DNA of 11,591 nt, from positions 1-11,591 of the forward strand of contig CAWJZV010000040.1 of assembly GCA_963847445.1 (NCBI GenBank), in the 5' to 3' direction. Of the stretch, positions 1-8,095 are shown piece by piece. Below the pieces are notes generated by a model that made no database searches, was not told the DNA's origin, and saw only the letters and a program-made list of their open reading frames with translations. The first letter of the stretch is position 1, and every line of letters starts with the position of its first letter. The DNA comes from an uncultured delta proteobacterium. Lineage in GTDB: Bacteria; Desulfobacterota; Binatia; UBA9968. A program made the position numbers and the translations under genes.

Positions 1-42
1 CCAAATCAGCAGCGAAAGCCGCGGTGGCAGGAGGAATCAATC

Positions 43-666
43 ATGAGCACGTCGTTCAAGTACAATAGACTATCGAAAGACGACGCTGTTTGTCTGCTGG
101 TCGATCACCAGGCAGGTCTGATCTCGCTAGTGCAGGACTTCTCGCCGGGCGAGTTCAAGAACAATGTTTTGGCGCTGGCGGCCAGTGCGCACTATTTCAA
201 GCTACCCACGATCCTAACTACCAGTTTCGAGAGCGGCCCCAATGGGCCGCTGGTGCCGGAACTAAAGGAAATGTTCCCGGACGCGCCTTATATCGCGCGG
301 CCCGGCAACATTAACGCCTGGGACAACCCGGATTTTGTCGACGCGGTGAAAAAGACCGGGCGCAAACAACTTATCATCGCCGGCGTGGTCACCGAGGTCT
401 GTGTCGCCTTTCCGGCGCTTTCCGCCATCGAAGCGGGCTACGAGGTGTTCGTGGTCACCGATGCATCGGGCACGTTCAACGACGTGACCCGTCACGCCGC
501 CTGGGCGCGAATGGCGGCGGCAGGGGCGCAAATGATGAGTTGGTTTGGGGTGGCTTGCGAACTGCACCGCGACTGGCGCAACGACATCGAGGGCCTGGGC
601 GCGCTCTTCTCGAGTTACATTCCAAACTACCGGAACCTGATCACCAGCTATCTCGCCAAGAAATAG
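43..666 (+). CDS. ycaC: YcaC-like isochorismatase/cysteine hydrolase family protein (207 aa)
   Basis: SD-like GGAGG upstream of ATG43. YcaC-type motifs: LLVDHQAGL (Asp), ILTTSFESGPNGPL, IARPGNINAWD (Arg), GVVTEVCVAFPALSA (Cys), DASGT, ELHRDWRND. Confidence 0.92.
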   Translation: MSTSFKYNRLSKDDAVCLLVDHQAGLISLVQDFSPGEFKNNVLALAASAHYFKLPTILTTSFESGPNGPLVPELKEMFPDAPYIARPGNINAWDNPDFVDAVKKTGRKQLIIAGVVTEVCVAFPALSAIEAGYEVFVVTDASGTFNDVTRHAAWARMAAAGAQMMSWFGVACELHRDWRNDIEGLGALFSSYIPNYRNLITSYLAKK

Positions 667-715
667 GGGTCGCGAGCGCGCGATCCTGCGATTTCAATAG
701 TAGAAGAGGTGAGCG

Positions 716-1607
716 ATGGCGCAAGCAAGGGAAAAACCGCCAGTCAAAAAACTGCGCTGCATCCAGCGTAGCGTCGATCGACATTGGGTCGGCAACGGAT
801 TCCCGGTTCGGACGCTGTTCGCGTACCCTAACCTGGGACCAGTGCTCAGTCCGTTCCTTCTACTAGACTACGCCGGCCCGACGGAATTTCCTCCGACCCA
901 AGAACGCCTCGGTGTCGGCGAGCATCCGCATCGCGGCTTCGAGACCGTGACCATCGTCTACGACGGTGAAGTAGAGCACCGCGATTCGTCTGGCGGCGGC
1001 GGCCGTATCGGCCCTGGTGATGTGCAGTGGATGACCGCCGCGTCCGGCATCGTCCACGAAGAATTTCATGGGCGTGATTTCGCCCGGCGCGGCGGCATGT
1101 TTGAAATGGTTCAGCTATGGGTTAATTTGCCGACCAAGGACAAGATGGCGCCGCCGCGTTACCAGAGTATTTTGAATAGTGCAGATTCCCGCCGTCAGCC
1201 TGCCCGGTGGCCAGGGAACAGTGCGCGTCATCGCCGGTGAGTTCGGCGGAGCCAAGGGACCGGCCATGACGTTCACGCCAATCCTGGTTTGGGATCTCCG
1301 CTTCGCCACTAACCAACGGACAGATGTTACCGTGCCGGATGGTTACACGACCGCGCTCGTAGTGCTCAAAGGCTCACTGCGTGTGAACGCTACTGAAGCG
1401 ATCGGGACGGCGGAAGTCGGACTGTTCGACCGCGCCGGCAAGAGCATCGGCATCGAATGCGTAAACGACGCCACCGCTTTACTGCTGTGCGGCGAGCCGA
1501 TTGACGAGCCGATTGTCGGACAGGGGCCATTCGTCATGAACACATCCCAAGAGATTCGCCAGGCGATGGCCGATTACGCGAGCGGCAAGATGGGTCATCT
1601 GTCATGA
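716..1607 (+). pseudogene. Pirin-family (bicupin) protein split by a single extra base near 1181; sequencing error or recent pseudogene
   Basis: ORF 716..1240 has HWVGNGFPVR, EHPHRGFETVT, QWMTAASGIVHEE and QLWVNLP. ORF 1179..1607 has IPAVSLP, VRVIAGEF and GEPIDEPIVGQGPFVMNT. Removing G1181 joins them as YQSILNS-QIPAVSLP. GAGGTG SD-like sequence upstream. Confidence 0.88.
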
Positions 1608-1703
1608 CGGGATTTTTGCGTTGTACTCACGCTGCCCCGTTTCGCTGTGGTAAATTATCAACACTCTTGCCTGTCGCTGAGTTAGCCGCCTAAAGCTTCG
1701 TTC

Positions 1704-1732
1704 TTGACCCGGCTCCGGCCAAACACTAAAAA
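1704..1732 (+). promoter_or_regulatory. Possible sigma70-type promoter for the SBP gene
   Basis: TTGACC (1704-1709), 17-nt spacer, TAAAAA (1727-1732). The -10 lacks the conserved final T. Confidence 0.25.
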
Positions 1733-1765
1733 CTAGAGCATCCAGCAGGACCTAATGGAGTGTCC

Positions 1766-2917
1766 ATGCCGAAGCCAATTCGATTCATCATTGCATTCGT
1801 TCTCGCGCTGCTCTTTTGCCTCGCGGGTTCGACACTTAATTCTATCAGCGCCGCCGAATCGAAACACGGCTGGCAGGCGGAGTGGGACAAGACCGTCAAA
1901 GCGGCGGAAGACGAAGGCGCGTTGGTGCTCTACATTACCGGCGCTTTCGAGCCGGTGTTTCGCGAAGCGTTTCAGAAAAAATTTCCCAAGATCAAAGTGA
2001 CCACCGTCACCGGGCGCGGACCGGAACTCAGCCAGCGCGTCATGAGCGAGCGGCGCGCGGAAAAGTACGCTGTCGATCTCTACGTCTCGGGCAACATCTC
2101 GCCGCTGACAGTATTTCACCGCGCCAAGATTTTGCAGCCGGTGCAACCTCTGTTACTGCTCCCCGATGTCGTCGACCTGTCCGCTTGGTATGAAGGCAAG
2201 CATCATTACGACGACGCCGAGAACCGTTATATCTTCGTCTTCGAGGGCACGCCGCGCAGCGGCGAGATCACTTTCAACAGCAAACTGGTCAATCCCGCCG
2301 AGATCAAATCCTATTGGGATTTATTGAACCCTAAGTGGAAAGGCAAGATCGTCTCGGTCGATCCGTTCCAGTCCGGTCCGATCAGCGCGGCGCAGATGTT
2401 TTTTTTCAAGCACCCCGAGCTCGGGCCGGAGTTTATCCGGCGGCTGCACAGCGACACGGAGATCACGATCCTGCGCTCCAACGAGCAAATGTTGGATTGG
2501 CTGAGCGCGGGTAAATACGCTTTTGGCATCGGCGCCAGAAACGTCGACGACGCCATGATGCAGGGCCTGCCGCTCAATCAATTTTTACCGGGGTCGCTCA
2601 AAGAAGGCTCTTCGGTGACGGCGTACAACGGCACGCTCAGTTATTTTAATCGCGCGCCCCATGCCAACGCCGCCAAGGTTGCCGCCAATTGGCTGCTATC
2701 GCGCGAGGGACAAAGCGCTTGGCTCGACTACAATCACAAGACCGGCGGGCTCTACGATTCCCTGCGAGAAGATATTTCCAAGGACAAAGTCAGCGAACGC
2801 GCGCGCCGCGTCAAGGGCGCCAAGTTTCTCTGGCTCAACCCGGCCTGGATCGAGGAACTCGACGCGATCCGCGATATCATCAAGAAGGGGTTGGCGAGCG
2901 GCGGCAAGGGGAAATGA
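1766..2917 (+). CDS. ABC transporter extracellular solute-binding protein (Fe3+/thiamine/polyamine-like class)
   Basis: GGAG at 1757-1760 favours ATG1766. Basic-then-hydrophobic signal peptide (MPKPIRFIIAFVLALLFCL...ISAA). Family-like motifs: WDKTVKAAEDEG, FQKKFPKIKV, SYWDLLNPKWKGKI, APHANAAKVAANWLLSREGQ. Confidence 0.85.
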   Translation: MPKPIRFIIAFVLALLFCLAGSTLNSISAAESKHGWQAEWDKTVKAAEDEGALVLYITGAFEPVFREAFQKKFPKIKVTTVTGRGPELSQRVMSERRAEKYAVDLYVSGNISPLTVFHRAKILQPVQPLLLLPDVVDLSAWYEGKHHYDDAENRYIFVFEGTPRSGEITFNSKLVNPAEIKSYWDLLNPKWKGKIVSVDPFQSGPISAAQMFFFKHPELGPEFIRRLHSDTEITILRSNEQMLDWLSAGKYAFGIGARNVDDAMMQGLPLNQFLPGSLKEGSSVTAYNGTLSYFNRAPHANAAKVAANWLLSREGQSAWLDYNHKTGGLYDSLREDISKDKVSERARRVKGAKFLWLNPAWIEELDAIRDIIKKGLASGGKGK

Positions 2918-3121
2918 CCGCGGCATCGTCAAAGTCAGTTTCAACTTATGCTGGGAAAGTAGAGCTAGTTTTTGCCTTCTAAACAATTGGAGCGGGCCTG
3001 CACTGTATAATCTCTGCTTCATCTGCGAGCTTCTTGAGTGGTAGATTACTGAAGAACGTAGAATGGTACTTGCCTCGCTCCAGGCTATGGTTGTCTGTTC
3101 GGGGAGTTAGCGAGACGCGCC

Positions 3122-4679
3122 ATGAAAAATCGTCAAATCGACGCCGCCTGGGCTTACCATAACGGCACTAAACATTCGTATCAAAGCGTCCGGGCCAATC
3201 CGCACTATCTGGACTTTGACAACCAGCCGGTTTCTTTCAAAATTTACTCCGAGTTAGAGCCGATCGCTCTACCCCCGCATCTGTCCTCTTCGGGCATGCC
3301 ATCCCTGGGCGCGATTTCGGCGGTTGCTGCGCGGCGGGATCGTCAGGCCGCTCCCAGCAAACAGACTCTCGCGGAGATTCTGTTTCTCGGCGCCGGCATC
3401 ACCAGGCGGCGAAAATATCCGGGTGGAGAAATATTGTTTCGCGCCGCGGCTTGCACCGGCGCGCTGTATCACGTCGACCTGTATCTTGTCTGCGCCGAGC
3501 TCCAAGACATTTCCGCCGGCGTTTACCACTTCAGCCCCCATGACTTCGCGCTGCGCCGGCTGCGCCAGGGGGATTTCCGCGGCGTCCTGGCGCGCGCGAG
3601 CGGTGCAGAGTCCTCGGTGGTCGAAGCCCCGGCAGTTTTGCTTTGCGCTTCGACGTTCTGGCGCAATGCCTGGAAATACCAAGCCCGAGCTTATCGCCAC
3701 TGTTACTGGGACAACGGTACGATACTCGCCAATCTCTTGGCGGCTGCGGCGGCGCGCGCTCTCCCGGCGAAAGTTGTCCTTGGTTTTGTCGATGGCGCGA
3801 TCAGCGAACTGTTAGGGTTAGATCCCAAACGCGAGGCAGCGCTATCGTTGGTCTCTCTGGGTTGCGGCGCAGCACAGCCGGGCCTCTCATCGACGCCGCT
3901 AGAGCCGCTGGTTTTGCAAACCGAGCCGCTATCCAAGACCGAAGTCGATTACCCGGCCATGCGGGCGATGCATGAGGCTTCGTCGTTGGAGAGCGAGGAC
4001 GAGGTCGTTCAGTGGCGCGCAGCGAGCGACAGTCACAGCCTTGCGCAAGACGATCGGAGAACTAACGGCGAACGGCGATTCTCCCTGCAAGTGCCCAGCG
4101 ATGACGAACTGCCATCCGAGACGATCGAGGACGTAATCGTTCGGCGCGGCTCGACGCGCCGGTTTGCCCGCGAGTCGATTACCTTCGGGCAACTTTCCAT
4201 GCTGCTCGACCGGGCGACCCGAGGCATCTCTGCTGATTTTCTCCACGCGGGTGATTCTCTCAACCGGCTATATTTAATAGTCCATGCGGTGGACGATCTT
4301 GCGCCCGGGGCCTACGTCTACCGGCGCGATCTGCATGCGCTGGAGTTGCTCAAGGAAGGCGACTTTCGCCGTCAAGCGGGTGATCTCGGCTTGGGTCAGG
4401 ACATTCCAGCGGATTGCAGCGTCAACGTATATTTCTTGGCGGACCTCAATCGAGTCTTGGACCGTTTCGGCAACCGCGGCTATCGCGCCGCGCAGCTCGA
4501 AGCCAGCATCATGCGGCGGCAAACTTTATCTGGCGGCCTACGCCCAAGGCCTGGGCGCCTCCGGCCTAACGTTCTTTGATGATGACGTGACGGAGTTCTT
4601 CTCACCCCACGCGGCGGGCAAGAGCGTAATGTTTTTGATCGCCCTCGGAAAGTCGGTCAAGCGCAAAAGCCAGCTGTAA
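3122..4679 (+). pseudogene. SagB/ThcOx-family dehydrogenase with two nitroreductase-like domains, split by a single extra base at 4513/4514; sequencing error or recent pseudogene
   Basis: N-domain: YHNGTKHS, RAAACTGALY, GVYHFSP, WRNAWKYQARAYRHCYWDNG. C-domain: RRGSTRRF, VHAVDDLAPGAY, GNRGYRAAQLEAS. The sequence continues in the +1 frame as GGKLYLAAYAQGLGASGLTFFDDDVTEFFSP to TAA at 4679. Confidence 0.85.
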
Positions 4680-4746
4680 GGCATCGCGTTGTCCGGTAGG
4701 AAAAAGGCTCAACGTTGCAAGCGATAGGCTGGGTGAGAATTGGTTG

Positions 4747-5026
4747 GCGCCGGTGCGCGCTTCAAGCAGGTAGCGGGTCAAGAGCGCGTCTTTTCCCGAG
4801 CTATAGAACTCCATGTTGACGAATGGATATTTTTTCTCGAAGGCGGCTTCTAGAGCCCTGGCATCCGAAGCGTTGGAGGAGACGTAGACCATCACCTTGC
4901 CTTCTTTTTTCGCATCCTCGATGAGTTTGGCGCGCTCCTTCGTTTGATCACCACAGACAGCTTGCTGGGCTATGCGTAAACTAGGCAAAGCCGCGGCGTT
5001 CGTCAATGCGTAAATCGACAGCGCAT
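4747..5026 (-). pseudogene. Truncated 5' remnant of a second ABC substrate-binding protein
   Basis: ERAKLIEDAKKEGKVMVYVSS...AFEKKYPFVNMEFYSSGKDALLTRYLLEARTG resembles the N-terminus of the intact SBP at 1766 (VKAAEDEGALVLY...AFQKKFPKIKV...RVMSERRAE). Similarity stops near 4747. The signal-peptide region looks degenerate, and the candidate ATG5026 is out of frame. Boundaries are approximate. Confidence 0.7.
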
Positions 5027-5134
5027 TTTCTCCGACACGCAGGTTGGTCCCGGCTCTCCAGATCCTTCGGCGACAGCCGCGATCGGCTGATCAACGTCAG
5101 CGGCCGCCGGCGATCGCTCTCTCCGAAATTCGAT

Positions 5135-5165
5135 TTGACAAGGTCGACTCGGCGCTTGGTATAAC
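5135..5165 (+). promoter_or_regulatory. Candidate sigma70 promoter
   Basis: Perfect TTGACA (5135-5140) and extended -10 TG-G-TATAAC (5157-5165). The 19-nt spacer is longer than optimal. Confidence 0.35.
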
Positions 5166-5436
5166 ACCCGCGGAGGCAATCGAGCGGGCGAAAAAGTTTC
5201 TTGCCAATTAGCTTTCACGCCGGAGGCGAGCCGAACACCGCATCTCTGCTCGCGGCGGCGGGTCTACTGTTGCTTAATGACAAATTCTAAGTAGCTTGCA
5301 CATTGCAGGAACGCGCTAGCATAAAACGTCTGGTCGCTGTGCTCCGAGCGGCGCTATAACGGCAACGACCCGGTGCGCGTGGCCTGGGCTCACGCGGCTC
5401 TTGACCTTCGGTTCGATCCTGCGATATACAGCGTCG

Positions 5437-5628
5437 ATGCCTATCCAATTCCTACTCCCGAAGAAGTTCACGCGCGCTCAGGTCGAGTGGCGCATGGACG
5501 AGTTGACGCTGCAGTTTCAAGGCACGAAAGACAAGAAAATAATCGCCCGGATTGCCGCACTCAACCGCGTACTTGCCAAAATGGATGTCCAGGGTTCCGC
5601 ATCTTCCCAACCCAGGAATCGACAGTAG
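5437..5628 (+). CDS. Small hypothetical protein (63 aa), probably helical
   Basis: ATG5437 lies in ORF 5401..5628. MPIQFLLPKKFTRAQVEWRMDELTLQFQGTKDKKIIARIAALNRVLAKMD shows amphipathic-helix patterning and occupies otherwise empty intergenic space. No clear SD. Confidence 0.5.
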   Translation: MPIQFLLPKKFTRAQVEWRMDELTLQFQGTKDKKIIARIAALNRVLAKMDVQGSASSQPRNRQ

Positions 5629-5856
5629 CCTGCCTGATTAACTCTTGATTTTTGTCGCTTCGCGTCGCTTACTGGGTGGCGTAGAAAGCCGGGTCGATCC
5701 AAACGACTGCGGTGTTTCTGGCACCACCGCGACTTGAATCGCGCTGCAGGTTATTCTGTTATGCGGTTAGGTCTGCCTTGCGGAGTTCGCCTTGCGGCAG
5801 TTTACCTAAATGCCTTAGATTCAGAGAGGGTAGAAACTCTCTTGCTGGAGGATTCT

Positions 5857-7767
5857 ATGCCCGCGTCTCTCGAGCATATCGGCGCTAACACCCCAATGGG
5901 CGCGAACCTGATCGGCGACGGCGCGACATTTCGCGTCTGGGCTCCCCATGCGAAGTCGGTGCATGTGATTGGCGATTTCAACAATCGGCAGCGTAATGCC
6001 AACAGTTTGCTGACGCGGGATCACCAGGGTCATTGGCGCGGATTCATCCCCGGCGCTGAGGACCGCCAGCGTTACATGTTTTATGTTGTTGGCGAAGGCG
6101 GCGAAGGCCCGAAACGCGATCCCTACGCCCGCGAGCTACAGACGCCTTTCCCGAGCGAGTGCGTCATCCGCAGAACCGACTTCCCCTGGCACGAAAGCGG
6201 TTACGCCACTCCAAAGTTTCATGATTTCGTGATCTACCAGCTCCATGTCGGCACATTCTTTACACCGAATCTGCCGCAAAAAGCCGGAACCTTTCTCGAT
6301 GTCGCGAGAAAGATTCCGTACCTTGCCGATCTCGGTGTCACTGCGATCCAGCTGATGCCGATCCAGGAGTTCCAAACCGAGTTCAGCCTGGGCTACAACG
6401 GCACCGATTACTTCTCGCCGGAAATGGATTTGGCCGTCGAGGACGGCGACCTCGCGCCCTATGCGGCGGAGGTCAATCGGCTGCTCGATGCCAAGGGATT
6501 GCAGCGCTATCAAGTTGACGAGCTACGCGGTGAAATGAACCAGCTCAAGGCGCTGGTGGATCTTTGCCACGTTTACGGACTCGCGGTCATACTGGATGTG
6601 GTCTATAACCATGCGGGCGGCGACTTCGGCGATCAAAGCCTTTACTTCTTCGACCGGCAGCCAAGCCAGGGCGGCAACCGCAATTCCCTTTACTTTACCG
6701 ATAAAGGCCATGCCGGCGGCCTCGTGTTCGACTACGAAAAACCCGAGGTGCGCGAGTTTCTGATTCAAAACGCCAAGTTTTTTCTCGATGAATACCGCGT
6801 AGACGGTCTGCGCTACGACCAAGTGAGCGTTATCGATCATGACGGCGCGCCCCAGGGTTGGCGCTTTTGCCAGGATCTCACCTCGACGTTGCGCTTTCAC
6901 AAGCCGGCGGTGTTTGACAAGGCGGAATATTGGAACGTCAACCCCTATATCGTAAAGCACCCGCCCGAGGGTGCGGGTTTCGATACCACGCTTACCGACG
7001 GACTGCGCATTGCTATTCGCGATGTCATCGGCGGTGCCAGCTCTCCTGATGACCGCCCGCTCGCAATGACCCGCCTGGCTCAGAGTTTATGGCCGGAAGG
7101 TTTCACCGACCATTGGCAATTTGTCCAGGGGCCGGAAAATCATGACATTGTTTACCACGGCCGCGAACCGCGCGTCGCGCGACTGGGAGATCCGAGTAAC
7201 CCTCGGTCCTGGTTCGGCCGCAGCCGGGCGCGCGTTGCCACGGGCATTAGCCTGACAGCTCCTGGCATCCCAATGTTATTTATGGGGCAGGAGTTTATCG
7301 AGGATAAACAGTGGTCCGATAATTTCGAGTTTCACCAGAACCTGCTGCTGCACTGGGCGGGAGTTGATTCGGGTGACAAGCAGATGCTCGATCACTTACG
7401 TTTCACTCGAGAACTAGTGAAGCTTCGCTGGCGCTTCCCCGGTCTTCGCGGCCAAGGATTCCGCGTGGTTCATGGGCACGACCAAAATCGCGTGCTGGCG
7501 TTTCACCGTTGGCTCGAGGGCGAAGGTCACGACGTGATCGTGGTTATCCATCTCGCGAATCATAATCGCTTCGGCTATCGCATCGGTTTTCCGGCCCAGG
7601 GAGAATGGCGCGAGGTTTTCAACAGCGATGTTTACGAAAACTGGATTAATCCCGGCACAGTCGGCAACGGCGGACGCGTCCACGCCGAGCCCCAGCCAAT
7701 GCACGATTTTGCCCACTCGGCAGCGCTAGTGTTGCCGGCGAACAGCCTTTTGGTGTTCGCGCGATGA
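5857..7767 (+). CDS. GH13 alpha-amylase-family enzyme with N-terminal CBM48 (GlgB/TreZ-like), 636 aa
   Basis: GGAGGA at 5847-5852 supports ATG5857 over the TTG at 5734. CBM48 motif GATFRVWAPHAKSVHVIGDFN, plus DPYAR, IYQLHVGTF and LGVTAIQLMP. Conserved regions I-IV: DVVYNH, VDGLRYD, AEYW, ENHD. Also PGIPMLFMGQEF and WREVFNSD. Confidence 0.92.
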   Translation: MPASLEHIGANTPMGANLIGDGATFRVWAPHAKSVHVIGDFNNRQRNANSLLTRDHQGHWRGFIPGAEDRQRYMFYVVGEGGEGPKRDPYARELQTPFPSECVIRRTDFPWHESGYATPKFHDFVIYQLHVGTFFTPNLPQKAGTFLDVARKIPYLADLGVTAIQLMPIQEFQTEFSLGYNGTDYFSPEMDLAVEDGDLAPYAAEVNRLLDAKGLQRYQVDELRGEMNQLKALVDLCHVYGLAVILDVVYNHAGGDFGDQSLYFFDRQPSQGGNRNSLYFTDKGHAGGLVFDYEKPEVREFLIQNAKFFLDEYRVDGLRYDQVSVIDHDGAPQGWRFCQDLTSTLRFHKPAVFDKAEYWNVNPYIVKHPPEGAGFDTTLTDGLRIAIRDVIGGASSPDDRPLAMTRLAQSLWPEGFTDHWQFVQGPENHDIVYHGREPRVARLGDPSNPRSWFGRSRARVATGISLTAPGIPMLFMGQEFIEDKQWSDNFEFHQNLLLHWAGVDSGDKQMLDHLRFTRELVKLRWRFPGLRGQGFRVVHGHDQNRVLAFHRWLEGEGHDVIVVIHLANHNRFGYRIGFPAQGEWREVFNSDVYENWINPGTVGNGGRVHAEPQPMHDFAHSAALVLPANSLLVFAR

Positions 7768-7968
7768 CATGCCCGCTTGAAGAGATGGGTTGTGACCGGG
7801 ATCGTTTTTAATTTTTGTCATTGCACTTCGCGCGGCCTGTGAGCGAAGCGGCCAAGTGTTGAGATCTATCAGTAGTATATGACTGCGGCGTTATCGCAGT
7901 TGTCGGTGCGGCATACGCAGAGCTGCCGATGATTGTAACGACTGGTATATCCGAACCCGATCGCCCCC

Positions 7969-8079
7969 TTAAATCTAATATTCCCCGCAGCTTGCTGCGG
8001 GCACAAAATTACTGGGGTTTCCAAAGGGGGTTGAACATCCCCTTTGGTCGCGAGCGGGGTTCATACCCCGATCGCGAAA
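7969..8079. repeat. Triple-hairpin intergenic element (REP/MITE-like or structured RNA)
   Basis: H1: CCCGCAG-CTTG-CTGCGGG (7984-8001). H2: CCAAAGGGG..CCCCTTTGG (8021-8047). H3: TCGCGA-G-CGGGGT-TCAT-ACCCCG-A-TCGCGA (8048-8077). The hairpins are seen directly; repeat status and outer boundaries are inferred. Confidence 0.55.
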
Positions 8080-8095
8080 TGCCCGGTTGATTGAG

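Noticed and set aside
3006-3011. Perfect TATAAT upstream of the SagB-like gene
   Set aside because: No -35 at a suitable spacing and no correctly placed extended -10, so it cannot be called a promoter.
1175-4525. Programmed ribosomal frameshifting at the pirin and SagB-like breaks
   Set aside because: No slippery sequence, adjacent in-frame stop or evident stimulatory structure at either site.
5775-5830. GGAGTTCGCC resembles part of the fluoride (crcB) riboswitch
   Set aside because: The upstream GGCGAT pairing strand and the downstream GCTGATGACTCC-like pseudoknot strand are absent, and the downstream gene is unrelated to fluoride.
5734-5856. 41-codon N-terminal extension of GH13 from TTG5734
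   Set aside because: No SD and no family-like sequence. ATG5857 has a strong GGAGGA.
7984-8077. Hairpin cluster considered as a CRISPR array, tRNA or intrinsic terminator
   Set aside because: No repeated unit with spacers, no cloverleaf or T-loop motif, and no convincing U tract directly after any stem.
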